DNA from: Rebecca billardiae RCC1528
Lineage: Eukaryota; Protista; Haptophyta
Reading direction: 5' to 3'
Length of the DNA stretch: 64,000 bases
Assembly (NCBI GenBank): GCA_965240325.2
Contig: OZ251250.1
Span: 744,001 to 808,000 of the forward strand
Under the pieces are notes generated by a model. The model had not been told where the DNA came from. It ran no database searches and was given only the letters and a program-made list of their open reading frames with translations. This document shows, piece by piece, positions 34,993 to 46,011 of the stretch (the first letter of the stretch is position 1; every line of letters begins with the position of its first letter). The position numbers and the translations under genes are program-made.

Positions 34993-37125
34993 ATGGGCCG
35001 CCACGACTCGGCGTCGGTGCTGCTGCTGCTGGGCGTGGTCGGCGCGAACCTCGGCCCCGCAACGAGCGCCCGCGACTCATCGCCTCGCGAAGGCGCCCAC
35101 TCGGCCACCGACGACGACCACATGCCGCCATGCGCCGTCGCGGCGGTGAGTCACGCCGAGCTGGCCGCCGTGACGGCCGCGCGCGCGCGGGAGCGCGGCA
35201 GCCCGCTCGAGGTGCTGCTGAGCCGCGCGGCGTCGGCGCACGCGATCGAAAGGCTCGACAGGCGCCCCCGGTACAAGTCCTCCTTCCTGCCCAAGGAGGC
35301 GCTGCTCACGCTCAAAGGGCTCGAGGCGCACGTGCGCGCGCGCAGCGGCTGCGCGCCGCGCGCGCGCTGGGCGCTGGCGTGCCCCGCGCAGGGCAGCTGG
35401 CTCGGCAGCAGCGGGATCGCGGCGGTGTTCGAGGCGGTGCGCAGGGCGGAGGTGCTGCGCGACCCCGCCTTCTGCAACGCCACCTTCCTCCACTTCGCCT
35501 GGCCGGGCCACATGAACACACCGGGCGCGGACCTGCAGCATTACGAATTCGTCAAAACGGCACTGAGCGACGCGGCGCGGCGGCTGGGCGGCGGGCCGCG
35601 GCTGCAGCTGCTCGCGTACGACCACGCGGTGCGGCGGTCGATGGGCTTCGGCGCGGGCTTCCAGGACTTCCTCTACGCCGAGTTCGCGCTGCGCTCCCCC
35701 TGCGCGCCGGAGGTGGAGCGCACGTGCGGGGTCGACCTGGGAGAGGGCGGCGGGCGCAGGCTCAGCCTCTCCACTCTGCCGCTCTCGCGCGCGGGGGCGG
35801 CGCGCGCGAAGGAGGGCGCGCGGCGGCGGCTGCGCGCCGCGCGCAAGCCGACAGCCTCGCGCGCGGTGGCCACTGCTGCCGCGCGCCGGAGCCGCGGCCG
35901 GCGGCGCCGGCGCCGGCTCGGCCCCCCGCCGGCGGCGCAAGCGAACCCACGCGACTCGAACTCGAACTCGAACTCGAGCGAGAGCCAAGCGCGCGCGCAG
36001 CACACCTTGCACGTGGAGCGCATGCTGCCTCCCGAGCGTGTGCTCGCGACGCTCGGCCGGCCGCTGGAGCGCATGCCCCGGCCGCAGCTGCTCGCGTGGA
36101 GCCAGGCCGAGCGCTTCCTCAACCAGAAGGAGCCCGAGCTGACGAAACTGGGGACCCTGTGCCGGCTGAGCAGCAGTTACGAGCGAGCGCGCCAGCTGGT
36201 GCCGCTGGCGACGCCCTTCCGAGCTGGGGAGGCGGGGCTGCTCAACGTGGTGGTGCACGTACGCGCTGGGCCGGGCTCACGCTCCGTCCCCGAGGCCGCC
36301 TTCGTCCCCGCACTCCAAGCGATCGCCGAGCGCGTGCACGCGTTTGCGAGCGCGCGCGCGCGCGAGGGTGCCGCGGCAGCCGACACGCTCGACGGCGGCG
36401 GCAGCGCGGGCACGGGGCGGGAGCAGCGTGCAGCGGTGCGGCTGCACGTGCACGTGGTGCACGAGTACGACGACGGCGCGTGCTGCGGTGTGCTCGAGGC
36501 GTGGGCGCGCGAGTGGGCCGCCAACGCGAGCGCAGCGCAGCCGCGGCAGCAGCAGCGGCAGCTGCCGCCCCCCTCCACCGATCCAGGCGCGCCCGTAGCG
36601 CCGCCGCACTCCCCGCCACCGCCATGGCCGCCGCCGTTCGGGCTCTCCCTGTTCGCGCACGTGCGGCCAAAGCGGCACCTGATGTACCACGCGATGTGGC
36701 GCGCGGACGTGCTGCTCGGCAGCGACTCCAAGATCCCGCACACGGTGGCTCAGCTCTCGCCGTGGCCGTGGGTGGCGGTGGACGGCACGGCGCGCGCCGA
36801 GGTGCAGGGCGCTCAGGGGGGCGTGCCGACGGTGCGCGCGGCGCGGCTGCCGTGGCTGCCGTGCGGCGCGGAGGCGTACCTCTGCGCGCAGATCGAGTCA
36901 CGGACGTCCCTCGCCGACGCAGCCAAGTGCGCCAACGACGGCACCAGCGCGGCGGGCGCGCAGGGCAGCCGCTTCAAGCGCAGCTTCTGCGCACGGCCCG
37001 AGGTGGGGACGCCTGGCGGCGCGGCCTCGCTCGAGGCCGCGCTCAGCGACGAGCGGCTGGCGGCCATGCTGGAGAGGCGGCAGCCGCTGCCACCGTCAAG
37101 GTGCGACGCGCGGCGGCGGAGGTAG
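34993..37125 (+). CDS. Secretory-pathway protein with fucosyltransferase-like motifs (GT11/GT23/O-FucT clan)
   Basis: Signal-like MGRHDSASVLLLLGVVGANLG. GFGAGFQ, LNVVVHVRAG (cf. motif I HVRRGD), LHVHVVHE (motif II-like) and MYHAMWRADVLLGSDS (motif III-like). Confidence 0.55.
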   Translation: MGRHDSASVLLLLGVVGANLGPATSARDSSPREGAHSATDDDHMPPCAVAAVSHAELAAVTAARARERGSPLEVLLSRAASAHAIERLDRRPRYKSSFLPKEALLTLKGLEAHVRARSGCAPRARWALACPAQGSWLGSSGIAAVFEAVRRAEVLRDPAFCNATFLHFAWPGHMNTPGADLQHYEFVKTALSDAARRLGGGPRLQLLAYDHAVRRSMGFGAGFQDFLYAEFALRSPCAPEVERTCGVDLGEGGGRRLSLSTLPLSRAGAARAKEGARRRLRAARKPTASRAVATAAARRSRGRRRRRRLGPPPAAQANPRDSNSNSNSSESQARAQHTLHVERMLPPERVLATLGRPLERMPRPQLLAWSQAERFLNQKEPELTKLGTLCRLSSSYERARQLVPLATPFRAGEAGLLNVVVHVRAGPGSRSVPEAAFVPALQAIAERVHAFASARAREGAAAADTLDGGGSAGTGREQRAAVRLHVHVVHEYDDGACCGVLEAWAREWAANASAAQPRQQQRQLPPPSTDPGAPVAPPHSPPPPWPPPFGLSLFAHVRPKRHLMYHAMWRADVLLGSDSKIPHTVAQLSPWPWVAVDGTARAEVQGAQGGVPTVRAARLPWLPCGAEAYLCAQIESRTSLADAAKCANDGTSAAGAQGSRFKRSFCARPEVGTPGGAASLEAALSDERLAAMLERRQPLPPSRCDARRRR

Positions 37126-37250
37126 ACTGTGCAGGCAACGGCCCGATGTGCCATGTGGACGCCGCGCGCCGCGCGCCAATGTGACTGTGAGCCTGTGCGT
37201 CAGTAAACCTCCGTACCGTAGGGGCGTCAGCGTGCCCGCTGACTGGCACG

Positions 37251-38147
37251 ATGCCGCCGACCGCCTTCATGCCCCGCGCAGTGCTGGACGCGCGCGTGCG
37301 GGAGGCGCAGGGCCTGGGCGTGGCCATGGGCAGCGTGGACCTGGCAAGCCTGGTGCTTGCCACGCAGCTCTTCCTCGCGCCGCGCCCCGAGCGCCCCGCC
37401 CTCTACGTCGAGTGGGGCGCGGGCGGCAGCACGCGGCTCGTGCTCCGCACGACCAACGCGACGGTCCACTCGCTCGACTCGTCGAGCGCGTGGCTGCAGG
37501 CGGTGGCGACGAACCTCAGCGACGCCGAGCGCGCGCGGTACCACCCGCACCTCGCCGACATCGGCACGGTGCAGGCGTGGGGCCGGCCGACTGCGCCGCC
37601 GCCGCGCAGCGCGCGCAACCTCACGAGCACAGCCAGGCAAAAGCGCGCGCAGCTGAGCATCCGGCAGATGGCGAAGATGTACGCGCGCGGGTTCGGCGAG
37701 GCGCTCGAGCGCGCGGACGTGGTGCTCATCGACGGGCGCTGGCGCGTGCGCTGCGCCCTCGAGGCCTACCGCCGCGCGCGCGAGGGCGCCCTCATCATGG
37801 TGCACGACTTCTTCTCGCGGAATTCTTACGCCTCCGTCTCCGCGCTCTTCCAGCGGCTGGTGGTGAGGCGGCAGCAGGCGGCGGCGGCGGACGCGGCGCA
37901 CGGCCGCGCGGAGGCGCCGGCGGCGTGGGAGATGGTCGGGCTCGGCGGCGTGCCCAAGAGCGGACACGTCCCGGCGCACGGCGACCTGGCTCTCTTCATG
38001 CAGCGGCGCGGCCAGACGAGGATGCCAGAGACGGCGGTCGCGGCGATGACGAGCTTCTTCGAGACGCAGGCGCAGCGGCGGCGGCGGCGCGGGCGGCGGC
38101 GCGGGCTGGGGGAGGCGGGCGAGGCGGGTGGGGCCGGTGGGTCGTGA
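37251..38147 (+). CDS. Class I SAM-dependent methyltransferase (polysaccharide O-methyltransferase-like)
   Basis: YVEWGAGGST (motif I), VHSLDSSSAW, ADVVLIDGRWRVRCAL, GALIMVHDF. Confidence 0.8.
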   Translation: MPPTAFMPRAVLDARVREAQGLGVAMGSVDLASLVLATQLFLAPRPERPALYVEWGAGGSTRLVLRTTNATVHSLDSSSAWLQAVATNLSDAERARYHPHLADIGTVQAWGRPTAPPPRSARNLTSTARQKRAQLSIRQMAKMYARGFGEALERADVVLIDGRWRVRCALEAYRRAREGALIMVHDFFSRNSYASVSALFQRLVVRRQQAAAADAAHGRAEAPAAWEMVGLGGVPKSGHVPAHGDLALFMQRRGQTRMPETAVAAMTSFFETQAQRRRRRGRRRGLGEAGEAGGAGGS

Positions 38148-38874
38148 CGCGGCGGCATATCGTCGGCGATGGCGTTGTCACGTAGTAGTGCCGAGTGCGC
38201 TGCGCTGTCTCGATGAGTTATTGAGTAGGCCGGCGCGGCCGGCTGGCGGCCTCGGCCGGCTCGGCGGCTCAGTGGCAGGGGTCCAAACCGAAGCCCGAGA
38301 CAGCGCCGCCGCCGGGGCGAGCCGGCGGGCCTTGGAGGCCCGGGCGCCGCGCGACACGGGCCCGCGCATCATATCCGCTGCAGCCGCGGTGCCCGACGGC
38401 TGACGCAGGCCGACGGAGTCGGACGGGGCCGGGTCCGACGACGGCGGGTGCCTGCGTGACTCCGCTCACTCATAAGGTCCGCGGGCGCGGTCACGGCGGT
38501 GGGCCGTCAGCGGCGTGGCCGCGGGGCCGCCCACGGCCGCATATCATCAGTATGCGCACGCACGAATTCGTCGACGATCATCATCATATATCATCGATCG
38601 TCAGGCGATCATCACATCATCTGATTCTGAGATGATCTGAATGATGACGCGACGATATAATATAATTTATTAATGATATATATATATAATATAATAATGA
38701 CGACTACACTCTCAGGCTCGATCTCTCTCGGCCTCTGTCTCTCTCTCTCACTCTAAATATTCTACTAGCTAGTCAGTAGTAGAGCGCATCAGTCAGCAGC
38801 AGTACTCAGGCAGACAGTCTTAGTCAGTGAGCCGTAGTCAGCAGCAAGACGGCGGCGGGCAGCCGCGGGCGCTG

Positions 38875-41800
38875 CTAGGCAGCGCTGCCATGCCACACCG
38901 CCAGCCGAGCGCGCGCACCTCGCAGCGCGGCGCGGCGCAGGAAGACGGGCCGCGACGGCCTTGGTGCCGCGAAGCCCGCCGCGTCCGCCGCCGCGGTCGG
39001 TGCCGCCAGCAGTGCGCTGGGAAGTGGCGGCTGCGGCGGCTGGCTGCCTCCGCCCTCCGCATCGGCGCTCGGCGGCGAGCGCGGCGGCACCGCGGCGCGT
39101 GCCGTCACTGGCGCGGGCGCAGGCAGCGCGCGCACGCCGCGCCAGCCCGCGTGCGCGCTCTCGGCGTCATAGTCCGCGACGGCGCGCACGACCTCTGCGA
39201 ACCACGCGGCGCGCTGCAGCCGCAGCCGGGTGGCATGGCTCAGCGCGCTCGCCTGGTGCTGCCGATGCGCCGCCGCCTTGCGCGCGGCGCGGCTGGCGGC
39301 GGCGCGCGCGCCCGCGCTCGCGGCGGGCTTCTGCGGACGGTTGCCCAGCCAGCCGCAGCAGTTGGGCGCGCCGCAGCAGCAGCGGATGGGCTGGCCGAAG
39401 CGCTCGAAGTGGTAGTCAAACGTGACCTCCTCGCCAGGTGCAATCTCGCGCATCGCAAAGATTCCAATTCGAGTCTCGCCCTGCGGCGTGCGCGCGCGCG
39501 CGCGAGGGCGCGCGGCGCGCGTGAGCGGCGGGATGGACAGGCGTGGTGTGGTGGGCGGCGGGTGCGCGTGCGCCGCGGCGGGGCCGCTCGGGCTCTGGCG
39601 CTCGGAGCACGGCGGCGCGGCGGCGCGCGCGTGCGCGAGCGTGCGTGCGTGCCGCGCATCCACACCGCCCTTGCCGCCGCCGCACCCCCGCACCTTGACC
39701 GTCCACTTCTGCGCCTCGGCATTCGGGTCGCACGAGTGGTTGACGAATCGCGACAGGTTCCCCATCCGAGACGCGTCGATCACCTCGCCAGGCCCCGTCT
39801 CCATGATGAAGTAGTGCCCGCCGTCCGACGCGCCCCACTCGTCCCCGGAGGCGTCGGAGTCGCCGTCGCTCGACGCGTCCGGCTCCGGGGCGGAGTCCGG
39901 GGCGGAGTCCGGCGCCGCGCGCAGCGCAGAGCTGCGCTCGGCTGTCCGAGTGCGGTCAGCGCCGCGATGGCGGCGGCCGGAGCGCTGCCGGCCCGCGGCC
40001 GTCGCCGCGCCGCGCGCCGGCCGCGCGCCGCCGCCAGCGCGGCCACCGCCGGCGCCCGCACCGGCGCTGACGTCGTCGCCTCCGCCTCCGCCTCCGCCTC
40101 CGCCGTTGGCGGTCGGCGCGCTCGCGTCGCCGCCCGGCGCTCGGCCGTCCCCACCGCCCGGCTGCGCCGCCCCCTGCTCCCGCTGCTGCTGCCGCCGCTG
40201 CACGCGCGCCAGCCTGCGCGCGCACTCCGCGTCGTCAATCAGCTCGCCGACGTACTCGATCACGAAACCGCCGGCAGGGATGCGCTCGCGCGCGCGGAGG
40301 CCGAGGCCCTGCGTGTGGGGGGGGGTGGGGGCAGCAGGGGCAGGGGGTCGGGGTGGGCGAGAAGGCAGCACGGCGCGCAGGGCCGCGCGCCGCGCGCGCG
40401 CAGGCGCACGCGCGCGCACGCTCGCGCACGCATGCACGCGCAGGCGCGCATGCGCACGCGCGCGCACGCGCGCGCACGCGCGCGCGTGCGCACGCGCGCG
40501 CGTGCGCGCACCTTGCCGGCTGTCGCGAAGACCTCGAGCGGCGCGTACTGCCGCCGGCTGATCTGCTGGTTGCCGCACGCCTCGCCGCACGGGCACGTGC
40601 GCGGGTCGCACTCGACGAACAGCTGCCGGTTGATGCAGTCGGCACCGCAGCCGAGCGCGCGCGCGCCGCCGTCCGCGCCGCCGCCCGCGGCAGGCGGCGG
40701 CGCGCGCGGCGGCGGCGCGCGCGGCGGCGCGGGCCCGGCGGCTGACGGCGGCGCGGGCGCGCAGAGGCCGCCCCCAGCGACGTCGGCGGTAGATGCGCGC
40801 GGCGCGTCCTCGCCAACGCGTGCGCACCGCTCCTCCGTCGCGGCCTCGGCGGCGGCCTCGGCGGCAGGCGCTGCCAGCAGGGGCCCGCGCGATGCGGCCA
40901 GCTGCGGCCGCGGCGCGAGACGCGGCCGCGGCGTGCCGTGCCCCGACGGGGCGGAGGCGGGGGCTGCGGCTGTGGCTGCCTCGGACAGCGGCGGTGCGTG
41001 CGTGGCATCCTCGCGGCGAGTGGCAGCACCGCCGCCGTGCACAGCTCCGCAGGCCGCCGCGGCGTCCCCACCCGCCATGGTGCGGCCGCCGCCGCCGCCG
41101 CTGTAACCGCCGCCGCCGCCGCTGTAACCGCCGCCACCGCCGCTGTAACCACCATCGGTGGCGCCGTCGCCGCCGCCGCCGCCGCCGCCGCCCGCGCAGC
41201 TGCCGCAGTCGGCGGCGGCGCAGGCGACGCCGATGGCGCGCGCAGCGCGCGCCGCCTCCTCGCGCGCGCGCGGCGGCGGCGGCACGCAGCGGCACGGCTC
41301 CCACTCCGTGCGGTCCACACGGCGCTCGATCCTGTAACGGTTTCGTAACAGCTTTTTGTAGCGCGGGACGAGCAGCCGAGGCGGGCGCGGCGGGCGCGCG
41401 GCGGCGGCGGCGGCGGCGGCGGCGCGCGCGGCGGCGGAGGCGGCGCGCGCGGCTGCGTAGGCGCACGCGCGCTCCTGCACCGCGCGCTGCGCCTCGCGCA
41501 GGTCGAGCACCTCCGCCACTAGCTCGGGCGGCAGCGAGAACTCCACCGGAAGTTTCCCCGAACCTTCCGCCGCCGCCCGCTCTGCCGGCAGCATGGCCGC
41601 CGCCTGCGGCGCCGCCGCTTCCGTCTCCGCCTCGGTTTCGTCACGAGCGTCCGCCGCGGGCTGCCTGCGCGGGGCCGCGCCGGCGGCGGCGGCGCCAACC
41701 CCTGCCGCCGCGGCCGCGCGCGGCCGCGGCGGCAGGAGCTGCGGCGCCGCCCACCGCACGGGGTTGAGCGCAGCGATGCGCGCGCGCAGCCGGCGCCGCC

Positions 41801-44316
41801 GCCGCAGTGTCGCCGCGAGGCCCTCCGCGCCTACCCAGTCCGGGAGTTGATAGTCCTGGTGCCGCGCCGGCTGCCACTGGGCCGTGAGCGCCGGACCGGC
41901 CGTGGCTCCGGCTTTTGCGCCGGGCGCCTCGCCGGACCGTGCGCCCGTCGCTGCCGCCGCCGGTGCGGCCGCGTCAGCAGCGGCGCGCGCGCAGCCGTGC
42001 GCGGCGGCGGCAGAGGCGCGCGCCGCCGCGAGCGCGGCGGCCGCGAGCGCGCTGCCGCCGCCTGCCGCGGCGTGCGCGGACGTCGCTGGTGGTGACGGCG
42101 GCGGCGGCGGTGCGCTTCGCACAGGCACGGTGGGTGGCGCCCCAGCCGGCTCGGCCCGCGCCCCGCCCGCCCCGCCCGACGCCCGGCCCCACCCACCAGC
42201 GTCGCCAGCCGCGGCGGTGGCGGCGGCTGCGCTGCCGGCCGCGCCGCCGCCTGCGGCCGTGTGTGTGCTGCGCCGGGCGCCGCCCACACCGAAGCCGCGC
42301 TCGTTGGCGCCGGCGCCCGCCGCGGCGCGCGCGCGGCCCGGGCTGAGGCCGCGCGCGGAGAGCGGCGTGCTGATGGCGGAGGCGAGGGCGGGCGCCAGTC
42401 CGGGCGCCAGTCCGGGAGCGGGGCGCTGGCTGGGCGCAGACTCCTGCCCTGAGCGGCCGCAGGCGTCTGTCTCGGCCGCGGCAGCATCCATTTCCAGGCC
42501 GCGCCCGGCTGCGGCCGCGGCCGTGCGGGCGGCAGCGGGCGGCCGTGCAGTCACGGCGGCCGTCGCGCCCACCGCCTGCGCCGCAGAGCCGGGCGGTGCG
42601 CCCTCACCAGCCGCCCCCCACGCCGCCGCCGCGCCGCCAGCCCCACGCTGCCGCGCCCCGCCCTGCTCCACCACCCCAGGACGAACTTCACGCGGCGCGG
42701 CCTCAGGCGCGGGCGCCGCGTCGCGCGCAGAGGCGCTGCCGCCGGGAGCGCCGAGCGCGCAGACCCGCACGCCAGCGCCGCCGACGTCGTCGCCGCCATC
42801 ACCGCCACCCCCGCCGTCGCCGTCCTCGCTGTCCTCCTCGTCGTCGTCGTCGCCCACTTCGGCGGCGGGCGCGTCCGCCGCTGCCGCCGGCGCCGGCGCC
42901 GCGCCCGGCGCCGCCGCCGTCGCGTCGTGTGTCGTCGTGGTGGGCAGCACAAAAAGTCCGGTGCGGAGCAGGCGCAGCCGGACCGGCCGGCGGCGCCGCG
43001 GCCCGGGCGCGCCAGCCCCGCCCCTGCCCGGGCACGAGATCGCGATCTCGTCGCCGTCCTCCTCGGCCATGTCATCACCGTCGTCGTCGTCGTCGTCGTC
43101 GTCGTCATCGTCGTCGTCGTCGCTCAAGTCGAAGACGAGGCCGCTGCGGCGCGCGCGCGCGCCGCCCTCGAGCGCCTGCAGCTCGCGCAGCAGCGCGGTG
43201 CGGTGCGCGGGGGGCAGCTCCGCCGTCGCGGTGGGCGGCAGCGGGCGGCACGCGCTGCCGTGCCCGCCACCGCGTCCGCGGCCGCCGCCGCCCTCCTCGG
43301 CATCCGCCGCGCCAGCCGCGTCGGCCGCGCCGCCGGCCGAATGTGCGGACGCGTCGGGCGCGTGTGCGGAGCAGATGAACACATCGTCGCAAATGTGCAT
43401 GGCGCCGTCGGGGCAGCAGCCGAAGCAGTACGCGGTGGGGCAGCGCGCGCACTGCGTGTCCGGCGGCGCGAGCCCGCACGCCGCGCACACGTGCGCCGGG
43501 CACCGCGCCGCGGACGGCCCGCGCCACGCGGCGACGCGCGCGTCGGCGGCCATACACGGCCGGCACAGGACCCGGCCGCACGTGCGCTCGGTGCACCGGA
43601 CTGCGCCGGGCCCCAGGCGCCAGCCGGCGCGCAGCGCGCGGCCGCGCGTGCCCTCGAGCTCCTCGCCGCACATCGCGCACGGCAGCGCGCCCCCGTCCTC
43701 GCACGCCGCGCACAGCCACGGCGAAACTTCCGGAAGGTTCGCGAGGCCGAGGCAGCGGAGGTGGAACGTTCGGAGGCACGCGCCTTCGCAGCAGACGTTG
43801 GGCGAGGGGTCGACGGAGAGCGGGCCCGGGTCGCCCTCCGTCGCGAATGTCACCTCGCAGATCGCGCAGTACGCGTCGTTCTGCGCGCGACGGCCGCGCG
43901 CGCGCGGTGCGCGCGCCGGCGCGTGAGCGCGTGGCCGAGGGTGCCTGGGTGCAGGAGAGAGTGCTGCGCGAGCGGCGGCGCGCGCGGGGACCGGGGGAGC
44001 GCGAGACGCGGGCGGGCGCCGCGCGACGCACCACGTCGTCATCGTCTGCGCCGTCCACCGCACGCGCCGCCCGCTTGCGCGCCGCACGCGCGGGCTCCGC
44101 GCGCGGCGCGTGCGCTGCAGGCTGCTTGCGCGTGCGCTCGCGCCGCGCGCGCTTCGGACTGGCCGGCGCGTCAGGCGCGGCGGCGGCGGCGTGTAGCGCG
44201 GGCTTGGCGTGGTCTGAGGCGTCAGTTGGCGCGCGTGGCTCCTCGCGCTCGCGCTTGGCCGGCGTGGCCGGCTTGTTACGCGCCCAGAGGCCGAACACGC
44301 CGCGCACGCGCTCCAT
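38875..44316 (-). CDS. NSD/SET2-like histone H3K36 methyltransferase (PHD fingers, AWS, SET, post-SET); exons 44316-44032, 43880-40512, 40308-39694, 39480-38875
   Basis: PHD cluster NDAYCAIC...CEGACLRTFHLRCL...WLCAAC...CPAHVCAAC...CARCPTAYC. YKKLLRNRY. AWS CGADCINRQLFVECDPRTCPCGEACGNQQI. SET GK|GLGLRA...FVIEYVGELID...IDASRMGNLSRFVNHSCDPN...EEVTFDY. Post-SET CCCGAPNCCGWLG. Confidence 0.93.
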
Positions 44317-44475
44317 CGTTCGGCCGCGGCCGTGAAGACGACGACGGCCGGCGTTTCGACTTTCAAGTTACGACCCTTGGATTCCCGATGAGCGCACGTT
44401 TTTCTTTTTCATCCGCGCCATCAATTGAAATTGTACCAGGCGGACGGCTGAACGAATCTTCCGACGGCGCTGCCA

Positions 44476-44582
44476 CGGCGACGACGGCTTCATGGGCGGG
44501 CGGTGACAGTCACTGGCGGGCGTCAATCTCGCCTGCCTGAGCTGTGCGCGTCCCTCAGTCTTGGCAGACGACTGTGATTGTA
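44476..44582 (-). repeat. Dispersed element, copy C (more diverged at the TACAG end)
   Basis: cgacggcttcatgggcgggcggtgacagtcactggcgggcgtcaatctcgcctgcctgagctgtgcgcgtccctcagtcttggcagacgactgtg. Confidence 0.88.
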
Positions 44583-44634
44583 TTGCTGACTCAGCCAGCG
44601 CTTTTCATCGTAGCAGCCTGTCATCAGCTCTTTC

Positions 44635-45898
44635 TCACGCGCCGCCCTCGCGCGCCGCGAGCGCCTCGAGCAGCTCGTCCTGCCCGTCCGGTCCGACGAG
44701 CTCGGACTCGCCCTGCCCGACGAACCAAAGCACGCCGTTGGGCACCACCTCCTGCGCGATGGCGACCGCCATCCTGGCGTCCCGCACTCGCTCCAAGATC
44801 CCGGGCTCGTCCGGGCTCTCCGGGTAGGTCACCAGCTCGGTGTCGAAGAAGGCGAAAAAGGACGGCGGCGCGGAGGCGGCGCGCGAGCGCCGGCCGCGCT
44901 GCCGCCGAGCGGCGCCGCCCGCGCGCGCGGCGGCCGTCGTAGCCTGCGCGCGCGCGCACCGGGGGTCACGGGCTCAGGGCGTGCGCAGCGTGCGCTCGGC
45001 GGCGGCGGCGCGCGCGCGCGCGGGTCGATCTCATGCGCCGCATGCGCCAAGGGCGCTTCCAGCCCCCTCCCCTTGGCCTTGCACTTGCATGCATTTTGCG
45101 TGCGCATGCGCATGCGCGCGCGCGCGCGCGCGCGAGCGCAGGGCGACTCGCCTTGGGGGGAGGCGCCTGCCCTTCGCGCCACGCGATGTGCGTGCCGCGC
45201 GCCGCGACGGGGTGCGTGCCGCTGAGCCACACGCGCTTCACCAGCGCCTCGTTCTCGAAGCACGGGTTCCGAGCCGCGTCGAAGCCGAAGGAAATGTCCA
45301 GGACGTGAGTAGCGTGAGTACTCCGGGCCACGCGCGCGTCCGCCTCGTCCAGAGCGCCCTCGGCGCGCTCGATCGTGGCGACGGAGACGTCGGTGAGGTG
45401 CACGAGCGCGCGCATGTCCGCGTCGCTGATTGACGGCGCGATCACCGGGTGGCTCCCCAACGCCTGCAGCCAGAACGCCGGGACGCCGCGAACGGTGCCG
45501 CCGTCCGCCGCCGCCGCCGCCGCGCCGTCCGCCGCGCCGTCCGAGTCGTCGGCGGCGGGCGGCTGCGGGGCGTCGGCGCGGAGGCCAAGGCCATGGGCGA
45601 AGTCGTTCAGCGCGTCGATGTCCATCCCGATGTCGTCCACGAACTTGAGCGCGCGCGCCGACGCCTCGTCGTCCGTCGGCTCGGCGGCGCCGCCGACAAT
45701 CTCCGATCGGCGCCGGAGCAGCACGCGCGCTCGCTCCTCCGCCTCGCGCTGCAGCTCGGCGACGCGGCGCTGGAGCTCCTCGAGCTCGCGGTCGTGCCTT
45801 GCCTGCAGCTCGAACAGCGCGGCGATCCGCCGGCGCGGCGCGCCCGCCGCTGTGGAGAGGGAGCGGCCCAGCCGCGTCCACGTGGCGCGCGCCGCCAT
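44635..45898 (-). CDS. Nucleosome assembly protein (NAP1/SET family) domain protein; exons 45898-45152, 44943-44635 (GC-AG intron)
   Basis: RRRIAALFELQ...RRSEIVGG...GVPAFWLQAL...ISDADMRALVHLTDV...FGFDAARNPCFENEALVKRV...GTHIAWREG...PSFFAFFD...IAQEVVPNGVLWFVG covers all NAP blocks. Intron reads AAG|gcgagt...gcgcag|GCT. Confidence 0.88.
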
Positions 45899-46011
45899 CG
45901 CTCTTCTGACGAGTGGCTCGGCGGCCCCGGCCGTGCAATCGTGCATCGCGCTGACGCGCTCCGTCAGTCGGTCGGTGGCCGAGCGCGCCGACCAACGCGC
46001 GCGCCCCCGCC

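Noticed and set aside
37095-37251. Splice fusion of the fucosyltransferase-like and methyltransferase ORFs
   Set aside because: The candidate donors are phase 2 while the nearby acceptors need phase 1 for the methyltransferase frame.
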